Shown: positions 17,685 through 27,081 of the stretch, in pieces
Numbering within the stretch: the stretch's first letter is position 1
How the letters are laid out: every line of letters starts with the position of its first letter
Source: Escherichia phage vB_EcoM_SYGD1
Length of the DNA stretch: 64,000 nt
Sequence record: MW883059
Reading direction: 5' to 3' (one strand)
The notes under the pieces: model-generated
The model's input: the letters and a program-made list of their open reading frames with translations, nothing else
Database searches by the model: none
What the model was told of the DNA's origin: nothing
Translations under genes and position numbers: made by a program

Positions 17685-18015
17685 AGATGATTTAGATTTA
17701 GAAATTATCGACGAATCCCCCTCTTCGGAGGGGGAAGAAGAAAGAAAAGAACGTCTTTTTAATGAATCCCTTAAGATAATTAAATCTGCCATGGAAAATG
17801 TTATCCAGGAGATTATCATTAAACTAGAAGATGGTTCTACACACATTGTGTATGTGACAAAATTAGATTGGGTTGATGGAAAAGTCGTAATGGACTTTGC
17901 TGTTCTTGACCAAGAAAGAAAAGCTGAGTTAGCTCCTCATGTAGAAAAATGTATTACAATGCAACTACAAGATGCATTTAATAAAAGGTCAAAGAAAAAA
18001 TTTAAATTCTTTTAA
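17659..18015 (+). CDS. 40: gp40 head-vertex assembly protein
   Basis: Position between uvsX and 41; the track start is GTG, an alternative ATG start at 17677 overlaps the uvsX stop. Confidence 0.55.
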   Translation: MIWKNLMNKDDLDLEIIDESPSSEGEEERKERLFNESLKIIKSAMENVIQEIIIKLEDGSTHIVYVTKLDWVDGKVVMDFAVLDQERKAELAPHVEKCITMQLQDAFNKRSKKKFKFF

Positions 18016-18024
18016 GGAGTAAGT

Positions 18025-19452
18025 GTGGTAGAAATTATTCTTTCTCATCTCATATTTGATCAAGCTTATTTTTCAAAAGTTTGGCCATATATGGATTCAG
18101 AATATTTTGAAAGTGGTCCAGCTAAAAATACATTCAAATTAATTAAATCTCATGTTAATGAGTACCATAGCGTTCCATCTATTAATGCGTTAAATGTTGC
18201 ATTAGAAAATAGTTCATTTACTGAAACAGAATATTCTGGTGTAAAAACACTTATTTCAAAACTAGCCGATTCTCCGGAAGACCACAGCTGGTTAGTAAAA
18301 GAAACAGAAAAATATGTTCAGCAAAGGGCGATGTTTAATGCTACGTCTAAAATAATTGAAATTCAAACTAATGCTGAGCTTCCTCCGGAAAAACGCAATA
18401 AGAAAATGCCGGATGTTGGTGCTATTCCTGACATCATGCGTCAAGCATTATCAATTTCATTTGATAGCTACGTTGGCCATGATTGGATGGATGACTATGA
18501 AGCACGTTGGCTATCTTATATGAATAAAGCTCGTAAGGTTCCATTTAAACTCAAAATTCTAAATAAAATTACTAAAGGCGGAGCTGAAACTGGAACACTG
18601 AACGTTTTAATGGCTGGTGTTAACGTTGGTAAGTCATTAGGTCTGTGTTCATTGGCAGCAGATTATTTACAGCTCGGTCATAATGTTCTTTACATTTCCA
18701 TGGAAATGGCAGAAGAAGTCTGTGCTAAACGTATTGACGCTAATATGCTCGATGTTTCTCTTGATGACATTGATGATGGGCATATTTCTTATGCTGAGTA
18801 TAAAGGAAAAATGGAAAAATGGCGTGAGAAATCTACTCTCGGCCGTTTAATCGTTAAGCAATATCCTACTGGTGGAGCAGACGCTAATACATTTCGATCG
18901 CTTTTAAACGAATTAAAGCTCAAGAAGAATTTTGTTCCAACAATCATTATTGTTGACTATCTAGGTATTTGTAAATCTTGCCGCATCAGAGTTTACTCAG
19001 AAAATAGTTACACAACTGTTAAAGCCATTGCAGAGGAATTGCGTGCTCTGGCTGTTGAAACCGAAACTGTTCTTTGGACTGCAGCACAGGTTGGTAAGCA
19101 AGCTTGGGATTCTTCTGATGTTAACATGAGCGATATTGCAGAATCTGCCGGTCTTCCAGCAACAGCCGATTTTATGCTTGCGGTCATTGAAACCGAGGAG
19201 TTAGCAGCTGCTGAACAACAACTAATTAAGCAAATCAAATCACGATATGGTGATAAGAATAAATGGAATAAGTTTTTGATGGGTGTTCAAAAAGGAAATC
19301 AGAAATGGGTAGAAATTGAACAAGATTCTACTCCAACTGAAGTTAACGAAGTAGCAGGTTCACAGCAGATTCAGGCTGAACAGAACCGCTATCAAAGAAA
19401 CGAATCCACCCGAGCTCAGTTAGATGCTTTGGCGAATGAATTAAAATTTTAG
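18025..19452 (+). CDS. 41: gp41 replicative DNA helicase (DnaB-like)
   Basis: 475 aa as in T4 gp41; Walker A GVNVGKS, Walker B IIIVDYLG. Confidence 0.9.
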   Translation: MVEIILSHLIFDQAYFSKVWPYMDSEYFESGPAKNTFKLIKSHVNEYHSVPSINALNVALENSSFTETEYSGVKTLISKLADSPEDHSWLVKETEKYVQQRAMFNATSKIIEIQTNAELPPEKRNKKMPDVGAIPDIMRQALSISFDSYVGHDWMDDYEARWLSYMNKARKVPFKLKILNKITKGGAETGTLNVLMAGVNVGKSLGLCSLAADYLQLGHNVLYISMEMAEEVCAKRIDANMLDVSLDDIDDGHISYAEYKGKMEKWREKSTLGRLIVKQYPTGGADANTFRSLLNELKLKKNFVPTIIIVDYLGICKSCRIRVYSENSYTTVKAIAEELRALAVETETVLWTAAQVGKQAWDSSDVNMSDIAESAGLPATADFMLAVIETEELAAAEQQLIKQIKSRYGDKNKWNKFLMGVQKGNQKWVEIEQDSTPTEVNEVAGSQQIQAEQNRYQRNESTRAQLDALANELKF

Positions 19453-19481
19453 TTTACAAGCTGACAAGACTATGATATAGT
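19452..19481 (+). promoter_or_regulatory. T4-type early promoter (GTTTAC-N18-TATAGT) with an 8-bp inverted repeat spanning spacer and -10
   Basis: GTTTAC 19452-19457, TATAGT 19476-19481; inverted repeat CAAGACTA / TAGTCTTG at 19464-19471 and 19482-19489. Confidence 0.5.
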
Positions 19482-19510
19482 AGTCTTGTTGGTTAAATGA
19501 GGAGATTGTT

Positions 19511-19693
19511 ATGGAATTGGTAAAGGTAGTTTTTATGGGGTGGTTTAAGAATGAAAGCATGTTTACTAAAGAAATCACAATGATGAAAGACGACGTTCAA
19601 TGGGCTACTACTCAATATGCTGAAGTTAATAAAGCATTAGTTAAAGCTTTCATTGATGACAAGAAAGTATGCGAAGTGGATTGCCGAGGGTAA
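19511..19693 (+). CDS. dmd: Dmd-like small protein (antitoxin against host RnlA/LsoA in T4)
   Basis: 60 aa, same length as T4 Dmd; position just downstream of gene 41. Confidence 0.55.
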   Translation: MELVKVVFMGWFKNESMFTKEITMMKDDVQWATTQYAEVNKALVKAFIDDKKVCEVDCRG

Positions 19694-19694
19694 T

Positions 19695-19916
19695 ATGCAT
19701 ATCGTTTTATTTAAACCTACTCCGTATAATGTCAGGAAAAATACTCAATTCAAGGCACTTATTGCGGATACGTGGGAATTGGTGTTAGATATTCCAGCAG
19801 AAGAAAGTCCTCCATTTGGTCGAGTGGAATTTATTAAGTTTGCTGTGCGCCCTACGAAGCGACAGATTCGCCAATGCAAAAGAGACTTTCGTAAAATAGT
19901 CAAGTTAGAGAAATAG
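19695..19916 (+). CDS. hypothetical small protein
   Basis: ATG at 19695 preceded by GAGG; the longer track ORF from 19653 overlaps dmd. Confidence 0.35.
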   Translation: MHIVLFKPTPYNVRKNTQFKALIADTWELVLDIPAEESPPFGRVEFIKFAVRPTKRQIRQCKRDFRKIVKLEK

Positions 19917-19939
19917 TTATTGATGCTAGTAAAATAGTA

Positions 19940-19969
19940 GTTTACAAGCTGATAGAGTTGTGTTATAGT
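19940..19969 (+). promoter_or_regulatory. T4-type early promoter (GTTTAC-N18-TATAGT) with an inverted repeat in the spacer
   Basis: GTTTAC 19940-19945, TATAGT 19964-19969; inverted repeat GCTGATAG / CTATCAGC flanks the -10. Confidence 0.5.
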
Positions 19970-20000
19970 AATTCTATCAGCTAATCGCGGAGAAAAGAAA

Positions 20001-20255
20001 ATGATGCTAGTTAATAGAGAATATCAGTTTAAATCAGAAGAAGATTTTGAAAAATTCGCAAGTGGTTGTGAACTGAATAGACGCACAGCTAAAGTCATAG
20101 GATTAAAACCCTTTACAGTTCTAGATTGTGAAGTTTCTAAATTCCGCAGAGGGTGTTCTATTAGCGGTCATGCTCTGGTTGATGGGAACACATTTTTCTT
20201 TGTTTTTAGCGTCAGAGAACTTTTATTGATTAACGAACTTGAGGAAATAAAATAG
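20001..20255 (+). CDS. hypothetical small protein
   Basis: 84-aa ORF downstream of an early promoter. Confidence 0.4.
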   Translation: MMLVNREYQFKSEEDFEKFASGCELNRRTAKVIGLKPFTVLDCEVSKFRRGCSISGHALVDGNTFFFVFSVRELLLINELEEIK

Positions 20256-20312
20256 TTTACTTTTGTTGGAAATTGAGATACTATATAAACATAAACTACT
20301 GAGGAGATTATC

Positions 20313-20606
20313 ATGAAAAAATTTGTTTTTGCTGCAATTTTTGCTTTGGCTTCTTGTACTGCTCAGCCTGCTATGGCAGGTTATGATAAAGATTTGTGTG
20401 AATGGTCTATGACTGCAGATCAGACTGAGGTTGAAACTCAGATTGAAGCAGATATTATGAATATCGTTGAGCGTGATCGCCCTGAAATGAAAGCTGAAGT
20501 ACAAAAACAACTTAAGTCTGGTGGTGTAATGCAGTATAATTACGTTTTGTATTGTGATAAAAACTTCAATAATAAAAATATCATCGCTGAAGTGGTAGGT
20601 GAATAA
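20313..20606 (+). CDS. sp: Sp (spackle)-like periplasmic protein with signal peptide
   Basis: 97 aa, the length of T4 Sp; N-terminal signal peptide MKKFVFAAIFALASCTAQPAMA; RBS GAGGAG. Confidence 0.55.
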   Translation: MKKFVFAAIFALASCTAQPAMAGYDKDLCEWSMTADQTEVETQIEADIMNIVERDRPEMKAEVQKQLKSGGVMQYNYVLYCDKNFNNKNIIAEVVGE

Positions 20607-20618
20607 TTAGAGGCTAAT

Positions 20619-20783
20619 ATGAAAACGTTTAAAGAATTTATTAAAGAAGATATGGTAGCTGGAGATTCAGGTGGTAATCCTGAAAATATCTCTACTGGAA
20701 CAACGTCAGGCGCTGTAGTAAATAAAGGTCCTGAACAGATTCCTAAAAAGAAAAAAGAGGAATCTAAAGAAAAAGAAGAGTAA
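20619..20783 (+). CDS. hypothetical small Lys/Glu-rich protein
   Basis: 54-aa ORF with RBS, tightly packed before gene 61; below the track length cutoff. Confidence 0.35.
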   Translation: MKTFKEFIKEDMVAGDSGGNPENISTGTTSGAVVNKGPEQIPKKKKEESKEKEE

Positions 20784-20786
20784 AAA

Positions 20787-21815
20787 ATGTCATCAATACC
20801 TTGGATTGATAATGAGTTTGCATATCGTGCGCTAGCTCATTTACCTAAATTCACACAAGTAAATAATAGTTCAACTTTTAAATTACGGTTTAGATGCCCT
20901 GTTTGTGGAGATTCAAAAACCGACCAAAATAAAGCTCGTGGATGGTATTATGGCGATAATAATGAAGGAAATATTCATTGCTATAACTGTAACTATCATG
21001 CACCAATCGGAATATATTTAAAGGAGTTTGAACCTGATTTATATCGTGAGTATATCTTTGAAATAAGAAAAGAAAAAGGTAAAAGTCGTCCAGTAGAAAA
21101 ACCTAAAGAACTTCCTAAACAACCCGAGAAGAAAATAATTAAATCTCTTCCGTCATGCATTAGATTAGATAAACTGACGGAAGACCATCCAATTATAAAA
21201 TACGTAAAAGCTCGTTGTATTCCAAAGGATAAATGGAAATATCTTTGGTTTACAACCGAATGGCCTAAATTAGTTAATAGCATAGCACCGGGAACATATA
21301 AAAAGGAAATACCTGAGCCTCGTCTTGTTATTCCAATTTATAATGCTAATGGAAAAGCTGAGTCTTTTCAAGGACGTGCATTAAAGAAAGATGCTCCTCA
21401 AAAATATATCACCATCAAAGCTTATCCTGAGGCAACAAAAATCTATGGTGTTGAACGAGTTAAAGATGGTGATGTATATGTTCTAGAAGGACCTATAGAT
21501 TCACTTTTTATTGAAAATGGTATAGCTATTACAGGTGGTCAATTAGACCTAGAAATTGTTCCATTTAAAGATAGACGTGTGTGGGTTTTAGATAATGAAC
21601 CTCGTCATCCTGACACTATTAAACGAATGACTAAATTAGTTGATGCAGGAGAAAGGGTTATGTTTTGGGACAAATCTCCCTGGAAATCAAAAGATGTTAA
21701 TGATATGATTAGAAAGGAAGGTGCAACCCCTGAACAAATTATGGAATATATGAAAAATAATATTGCTCAAGGGTTGATGGCTAAAATGCGTCTATCTAAA
21801 TATGCTAAGATTTAA
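20787..21815 (+). CDS. 61: gp61 DNA primase
   Basis: 342 aa as in T4 gp61; N-terminal zinc ribbon CPVCGDS ... CYNC; TOPRIM-like acidic motifs. Confidence 0.9.
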   Translation: MSSIPWIDNEFAYRALAHLPKFTQVNNSSTFKLRFRCPVCGDSKTDQNKARGWYYGDNNEGNIHCYNCNYHAPIGIYLKEFEPDLYREYIFEIRKEKGKSRPVEKPKELPKQPEKKIIKSLPSCIRLDKLTEDHPIIKYVKARCIPKDKWKYLWFTTEWPKLVNSIAPGTYKKEIPEPRLVIPIYNANGKAESFQGRALKKDAPQKYITIKAYPEATKIYGVERVKDGDVYVLEGPIDSLFIENGIAITGGQLDLEIVPFKDRRVWVLDNEPRHPDTIKRMTKLVDAGERVMFWDKSPWKSKDVNDMIRKEGATPEQIMEYMKNNIAQGLMAKMRLSKYAKI

Positions 21816-22012
21816 ATTAACCCAACTAAAGCAAATGCTAAATCTACGAATGTATCAAGAGTAATTACTGGAATACTAACGCCATGAGCGAGAGCAACTG
21901 GCGATAAAACAAAATTCCAAAGTAAAATTCCTATCATAGCAGAAATAGTAAAAGCTATACGTTTTTTATTACCTTTGATGGCATTAACAAGTGCCATTAA
22001 TTTTTGTACCAT
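21812..22012 (-). CDS. small membrane protein (two predicted TM helices) on the opposite strand
   Basis: 66 aa, hydrophobic; strong SD on the minus strand (TAAGGAGGACAT-ATG); its stop overlaps the gene 61 stop. Confidence 0.45.
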   Translation of the reverse strand: MVQKLMALVNAIKGNKKRIAFTISAMIGILLWNFVLSPVALAHGVSIPVITLDTFVDLAFALVGLI

Positions 22013-22040
22013 ATGTCCTCCTTATTGCTTTATATATTTA

Positions 22041-22049
22041 TTGTATAAT
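22041..22049 (+). promoter_or_regulatory. extended -10 promoter element (TGT-TATAAT) upstream of gene 56
   Basis: TTGTATAAT read directly, about 40 nt upstream of the gene 56 ATG. Confidence 0.35.
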
Positions 22050-22085
22050 TAATCTACTAACCCATGAATTGAAAGGAAAAATAAC

Positions 22086-22601
22086 ATGCCACATTTCAAC
22101 GAATGTAGTCATCTGATCGAAGGCGCTGATAAAGCTCAAAATGAATACTGGGATATTCTCGGTGATGAAAAAGACCCGCTGCAGGTTATGCTTGATATGC
22201 AGAAATCTTTGCAGGTTCGTTTAGCAAATGACCGCGAATACTGCTATCATCCAGATAAATTAGAAACTGCCGGTGATGTTGTTTCTTGGATGCGTGAACA
22301 AAAAGACTGTATTGATGATGAATTCCGCGAACTTCTGACTTCTCTTGGTGAAATGTCACGTGGTGAAAAAGATGCATCGGCAGTTTGGAAAAAATGGAAA
22401 GCACGTTATATTGAAGCGCAAGAAAAACGCATTGATGAAATGTCCCCAGAAGATCAGCTCGAAATTAAATTTGAGCTTGTGGATATATTTCATTTCGTAT
22501 TAAATATGTTTGCTGGCCTTGGAATGAATGCGGAAGAAATTTTTAAACTTTATTATTTGAAAAATAAACATAATTTTGAACGTCAAGATAATGGGTATTA
22601 A
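22086..22601 (+). CDS. 56: gp56 dCTPase/dUTPase (MazG-like)
   Basis: 171 aa as in T4 gp56; conserved acidic helical motifs. Confidence 0.8.
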   Translation: MPHFNECSHLIEGADKAQNEYWDILGDEKDPLQVMLDMQKSLQVRLANDREYCYHPDKLETAGDVVSWMREQKDCIDDEFRELLTSLGEMSRGEKDASAVWKKWKARYIEAQEKRIDEMSPEDQLEIKFELVDIFHFVLNMFAGLGMNAEEIFKLYYLKNKHNFERQDNGY

Positions 22602-23265
22602 ACAAAAATTTTATAGAACATATATAGTAAAAGTTAGGACGCCGAAAGGCGTCTTTTGGTACGCTGGGAAACATGAATCATTTATTGTAAATCCATATGA
22701 TGATAAATATCCGGGTTCAGGCAAAATACTATGGAACATATATCGTAAGTATGGTTTTAATTATAAAATACGTTGGTCAAAATGCCATGGTTCTAGAGAA
22801 AAATCATATGAAGTTGAACGCGAGCTAATATCTGCATTAAAACGTAAACACCCAGATACTTGCATTAATATTTCTCCTGGTGGTCAGGGTGGAGAAGGAA
22901 GAAAATGGACTGAGCAACAACGATTAGAACATAAACTTAGATTAAACAACCCTGAAACAAAAACTCGGATGAAGAATTCACAACGTATAGCCCAAAATAG
23001 AGCAGAACGAAAAGCTCGGCAATCTGAAGTAATGAAAAAGTTTTATTCAAATGGCGGAAATAAAAAGATTTCAGAAGGAACTTCAAGGGCGCAAAGAAAA
23101 GCACCGCATTGGCATGAACCACTTAAAAGCGAAATACACGAGTTATGGGTTTCTTTAGGTAAACCAGCAACAGGCCCGGTTGTAAAGGCGCTTAAAGGAA
23201 AATATGATGTAACAAGTTCAGCTCTTAAGAATTTAATTTACTTATTCAGAAAAGAAGATGTATAA
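22576..23265 (+). CDS. GIY-YIG homing endonuclease (SegF-like, adjacent to gene 56)
   Basis: 229 aa; motifs FYRTYIVKV ... VFWYAGKH; basic C-terminal DNA-binding region; start overlaps the end of gene 56. Confidence 0.65.
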   Translation: MNVKIMGIKQKFYRTYIVKVRTPKGVFWYAGKHESFIVNPYDDKYPGSGKILWNIYRKYGFNYKIRWSKCHGSREKSYEVERELISALKRKHPDTCINISPGGQGGEGRKWTEQQRLEHKLRLNNPETKTRMKNSQRIAQNRAERKARQSEVMKKFYSNGGNKKISEGTSRAQRKAPHWHEPLKSEIHELWVSLGKPATGPVVKALKGKYDVTSSALKNLIYLFRKEDV

Positions 23266-23268
23266 ATA
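23261..23268 (+). promoter_or_regulatory. late promoter TATAAATA upstream of soc
   Basis: Exact TATAAATA about 30 nt upstream of the soc start. Confidence 0.6.
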
Positions 23269-23298
23269 ATCATGTAATTTAAATAAAAGGAGAATTAC

Positions 23299-23544
23299 AT
23301 GGCTAGTACTCGCGGTTATGTTAATATCAAAACATTTGAGCAGAAATTAGATGGAAATAAGAAAATTGAAGGAAAGGAAATTTCTGTAGCTTTCCCTCTT
23401 TATTCTGACGTTCACAAAATTTCTGGTGCTCATTACCAGACATTCCCTTCAGAAAAAGCAGCATATACTACTGTATATGAAGAAAATCAACGTGCTGCGT
23501 GGATTGCTGCAAACGAAGATTTGTGGAAAGTAACTGGTGAATAA
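23299..23544 (+). CDS. soc: Soc small outer capsid protein
   Basis: 81 aa; MASTRGYVNIKTFEQKLDGNKKIEG... matches T4 Soc as I recall it. Confidence 0.85.
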   Translation: MASTRGYVNIKTFEQKLDGNKKIEGKEISVAFPLYSDVHKISGAHYQTFPSEKAAYTTVYEENQRAAWIAANEDLWKVTGE

Positions 23545-23548
23545 TTTC

Positions 23549-23574
23549 AAGGACTCCTTCGGGAGTCCTTTTTT
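23549..23574 (+). terminator. intrinsic terminator (AAGGACTCC-TTCG-GGAGTCCTT + T-tract)
   Basis: 9-bp stem with UUCG loop directly after soc. Confidence 0.6.
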
Positions 23575-23584
23575 CATTTTACCG

Positions 23585-23614
23585 GTTTACTTTCCAAAAT
23601 GAGTATGGTATAAT
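23585..23614 (+). promoter_or_regulatory. T4-type early promoter (GTTTAC-N18-TATAAT)
   Basis: GTTTAC 23585-23590, TATAAT 23609-23614. Confidence 0.55.
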
Positions 23615-23640
23615 AGAATTATCTTATAGAGGAGAGCACT

Positions 23641-23847
23641 ATGTTAAATCGCTGGATTAAACCAAACGAAGATTTAGATATTATCATTTCACGACATGTA
23701 ATGAAGAAATATGAACTACAGCCATGGTCTACAGAAGTTGTTGTACATTCATTTATGATGTACGCAGATGGTTCTGTCGAATTTAATGCAGAGATTCGAT
23801 ATGATTATGGCGAGAAGCAAGTTGAATTCAAGAGAGGCTTTTTGTAA
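23641..23847 (+). CDS. hypothetical small protein
   Basis: 68-aa ORF with RBS GGAGAG. Confidence 0.4.
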   Translation: MLNRWIKPNEDLDIIISRHVMKKYELQPWSTEVVVHSFMMYADGSVEFNAEIRYDYGEKQVEFKRGFL

Positions 23848-24188
23848 TGTTTATCTTTAATTGGTTTAAAAATTTCTTTACAGATTTTTTCTCTACGACT
23901 CCTGGAGAAGGTGTAGTTCCTATTTCAAATGACTACCTTCCTTTAACTGTAGTTGAATATGTTTATATGGGAGATGGAACAGTAGAAGCAGTTACTATGA
24001 CTTATGAAGAAGCCCAGGAATATTATAAAAATCCTTGGCGTTGGTCAACACCTACTACATCATCTAATACGCAGAATACACAGTCTAGTTCTGATTCATA
24101 TGACACTAATGTTCCTGTTCATGTATGGACGGGCGATTCATGTGGAAGTTCTTGTGATTCTAGTTGTTCATCTACATCTTGTGATTGA
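23847..24188 (+). CDS. hypothetical protein with Ser/Cys-rich C-terminus
   Basis: 113-aa ORF; C-terminus [18 protein letters not shown]. Confidence 0.4.
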   Translation: MFIFNWFKNFFTDFFSTTPGEGVVPISNDYLPLTVVEYVYMGDGTVEAVTMTYEEAQEYYKNPWRWSTPTTSSNTQNTQSSSDSYDTNVPVHVWTGDSCGSSCDSSCSSTSCD

Positions 24189-24682
24189 GGAAAATTATGG
24201 AAGCGATTTTGTTTGAAATGTATATTAGCAGTGATAGCATGGCGTTTGCTAAAGATATTCCAATTACAGTAGCAGTAATGATTGATAAAAGATATGATAA
24301 TAACATGTATCTAGTAGAAGATTTTATTTCAATGCCAGTTCCAGAAGATGCTGAAATAAAACTTAAAAAGATCGGAATTATTGAAACTGTACGAAATTCT
24401 CCATTTATGTCAATTCAAGCATTTACTAAATCTAACTATATTGATGTTGCTGAATCATATTATAACAATAAACCATTGCCATTATATTCATATGATTCAA
24501 TATATGACTGGAAAATAGATAAGGGAAATAAATTTATAATTACAGAAGAAAATGCACTATCATATTTTATTACCTCTTTATGGAATAATTTAAATCCAAA
24601 TTTACTCAAAATTCATAAATTTGACGATGCTCCTACTGTTGTTTTAGGTAAAACAAATGAAAGTTCTGAAGAAAATGCTTGA
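24185..24682 (+). CDS. hypothetical protein (T4 mrh position)
   Basis: 165-aa ORF; assignment by position only. Confidence 0.35.
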   Translation: MRKIMEAILFEMYISSDSMAFAKDIPITVAVMIDKRYDNNMYLVEDFISMPVPEDAEIKLKKIGIIETVRNSPFMSIQAFTKSNYIDVAESYYNNKPLPLYSYDSIYDWKIDKGNKFIITEENALSYFITSLWNNLNPNLLKIHKFDDAPTVVLGKTNESSEENA

Positions 24683-24860
24683 ATGGTTCAGTAGACCAAA
24701 CTCAATGTACATTGATGATGGTTGGGTTGAACAGGCAAATAAAGAAATGCAGAACGAATCAGAAGAATGGATGAAATCAATGATTAGTGCTGAGAAAGAA
24801 AAGAAACTAGAACGCTCAGCGCTTAAATTGATGAGAGATATCTATGGGGATAAATCATGA
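24657..24860 (+). CDS. hypothetical small protein
   Basis: ORF only. Confidence 0.3.
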   Translation: MKVLKKMLEWFSRPNSMYIDDGWVEQANKEMQNESEEWMKSMISAEKEKKLERSALKLMRDIYGDKS

Positions 24861-25013
24861 ACAGAGATATGACGTTAGAAGAGGCTAAAGATAAAGCAAA
24901 TGAAGCACTGGATTTGCTTCTTAAAATCGGTAGTAAAATGATGGAAGAAAATGAGAAATATATCCAGGAAAACAAAATTCCTGACGGCCCATTAGTAGGC
25001 AAGAGGAAATCAC

Positions 25014-25484
25014 ATGATTGAAGTAGCAAAACATTATTCAATAGAATTTATGTCTAAAGAAGGTAAATCAGTAAATACACTTGATAAAAAATGCTCATTA
25101 ATTATTCCTTTAGCAGAAAATCCGGATATTTTAATTAAAGATATAAAAGAAAGAAAATATCCAGAAAATGTTATTCTAATTATAAAGCATACTGAAGATA
25201 TTTTGCAGAATACTGATTCACCATTTTCTTCTTCTGAAGCTTTAACTATTAAAGGCTATAAAAGAGCTCATGAATATGGTCTTTTTGACCTGTTTGAAGA
25301 CGATAAAGTTAAATTAGCGAGTCAACCTTCTAAAAGTAAAACATTCATTATTGAAGATATTAAAGATATAAATGCATTTGTTAAGATGGTCTGGGCTCAT
25401 TTTGATGTTGGACTACGCTGGAGAATGTCCGAAGAAGAAAGAAAGATTATTGAAGCTAATCGTTATTTTGGTTTTTATCGCTAG
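25014..25484 (+). CDS. hypothetical protein
   Basis: 156-aa ORF. Confidence 0.4.
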   Translation: MIEVAKHYSIEFMSKEGKSVNTLDKKCSLIIPLAENPDILIKDIKERKYPENVILIIKHTEDILQNTDSPFSSSEALTIKGYKRAHEYGLFDLFEDDKVKLASQPSKSKTFIIEDIKDINAFVKMVWAHFDVGLRWRMSEEERKIIEANRYFGFYR

Positions 25485-25492
25485 GAATTAAT

Positions 25493-25675
25493 ATGGATTT
25501 ATTTGAGATGTTAGAAGATAATCATTCTACGAATATCCAGAATGATTCTAGTGATTATAAGAAAGAGTACCGTATAGTATTACAGAATTATGGAATTGAA
25601 GCCCCAGATGCTCTTCTAGAAGAACTAGCTTCATACCATCTTGACCCTCCGCCCTGGGCTCCCTGGGCAAAATAA
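25493..25675 (+). CDS. hypothetical small protein
   Basis: 60-aa ORF. Confidence 0.3.
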   Translation: MDLFEMLEDNHSTNIQNDSSDYKKEYRIVLQNYGIEAPDALLEELASYHLDPPPWAPWAK

Positions 25676-25686
25676 TTCAAAAAGTT

Positions 25687-25716
25687 GTTTACTTTCCTTC
25701 CTAACAATGATATGAT
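25687..25716 (+). promoter_or_regulatory. T4-type early promoter (GTTTAC-N18-TATGAT)
   Basis: GTTTAC 25687-25692, TATGAT 25711-25716. Confidence 0.5.
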
Positions 25717-25730
25717 AGCTTCTGAAGTAT

Positions 25731-26366
25731 ATGGAGGCTATCATGATTATTAATCTTGCAGATGTTGAACAATTATCTATAAAAGCTGAAAGTGTCGATT
25801 TTCAATATGATATGTATAAAAAAGTCTGTGAAAAATTTACTGACTTTGAGCAGTCAGTTCTTTGGCAATGTATGGAAGCCAAAAAGAATGAAGCTCTTCA
25901 TCAGCAGTTGAATAAAATCATTAAAAAGCATTTAACTAAATCGCCTTATCAGCTATATCGTGGTATATCAAAATCGACAAAAGAACTCATTAAAGATTTA
26001 CAAGTTGGAGAAGTGTTTTCAACGAACAGAGTAGATTCATTTACTACTAGTTTGCATACAGCGTGTTCTTTTTCTTATGCTGAATATTTCACTGAAATAG
26101 TACTTCGCTTAAAAACTGATAAAGCTTTTAATTACTCTGACCATATCAGCGATATTATACTTTCTTCTCCTAATACTGAGTTTAAGTATACATATGAAGA
26201 TACTGATGGATTAGATTCAGAACGTACTGATAACTTAATGATGATTGTACGTGAACAAGAATGGATGATTCCAATTGGAAAGTATAAAATAACTTCTATT
26301 TCAAAAGAAAAATTACACGATTCATTTGGAACATTTAAAGTGTATGATATTGAGGTAGTTGAATGA
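25731..26366 (+). CDS. modB: ModB-like arginine mono-ADP-ribosyltransferase
   Basis: 211 aa; R / S-x-S / E-x-E-type motifs (LYRGIS, FTTSL, EQEWMIP); first of a tandem paralog pair as in T4 modB-modA. Confidence 0.5.
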   Translation: MEAIMIINLADVEQLSIKAESVDFQYDMYKKVCEKFTDFEQSVLWQCMEAKKNEALHQQLNKIIKKHLTKSPYQLYRGISKSTKELIKDLQVGEVFSTNRVDSFTTSLHTACSFSYAEYFTEIVLRLKTDKAFNYSDHISDIILSSPNTEFKYTYEDTDGLDSERTDNLMMIVREQEWMIPIGKYKITSISKEKLHDSFGTFKVYDIEVVE

Positions 26367-26965
26367 AATACTCAGTAATGCAACTAAAAGATTTTAAAAT
26401 AAAATCAATGGATGCATCGGTGCGTGCTTCTATTCGTGAAGAATTACTTTCTGAAGGGTTTAATTTATCTGAAATTGAACTTTTAATTCATTGTATTACT
26501 AATAAGCCAGACGATCATTCTTGGTTAAATGAAATAATCAAATCTCGTTTGGTTCCAAACGATAAACCTCTTTGGAGAGGTGTTCCAGTCGAGACTAAAC
26601 AGGTGTTAAATCAAGGAATTGATATTATTACATTTGATAAAGTCGTATCAGCTTCATATGATAAAAATATAGCTCTACATTTTGCTTCTGGATTAGAATA
26701 CAACACACAAGTTATTTTTGAATTCAAAGCTCCTATGGTGTTTAATTTCCAGGAGTATGCTATAAAAGCTTTACGTTGTAAAGAATATAGTCCGAGTTTT
26801 AAGTTTCCGGATAGCCATCGTTATCGTAATATGGAATTAGTTTCAGATGAACAGGAAGTAATGATACCAGCTGGAAGTGTATTTAGAATTGCAGATAGAT
26901 ATGAGTATAAAAAGCATTCAACATACACTATCTATACTCTTGATTTTGAAGGATTTAATCTATAA
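26363..26965 (+). CDS. modA: ModA-like arginine mono-ADP-ribosyltransferase
   Basis: 200 aa; LWRGVP, VSASY, EQEVMIP motifs; paralog of the upstream ORF. Confidence 0.5.
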   Translation: MKYSVMQLKDFKIKSMDASVRASIREELLSEGFNLSEIELLIHCITNKPDDHSWLNEIIKSRLVPNDKPLWRGVPVETKQVLNQGIDIITFDKVVSASYDKNIALHFASGLEYNTQVIFEFKAPMVFNFQEYAIKALRCKEYSPSFKFPDSHRYRNMELVSDEQEVMIPAGSVFRIADRYEYKKHSTYTIYTLDFEGFNL

Positions 26966-27022
26966 TGGAAGGACTTAGATTCATTATACCATGAAAGTTT
27001 TAAAGCATTTTTCATAAAGTTG

Positions 27023-27051
27023 TTTACAAGCTGAAGTAAAAATGTTATAGT
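27023..27051 (+). promoter_or_regulatory. T4-type early promoter (GTTTAC-N17-TATAGT)
   Basis: GTTTAC 27023-27028, TATAGT 27046-27051. Confidence 0.5.
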
Positions 27052-27081
27052 ATAAGTAGTTAACCCGTCCGTGAGAAAAAT

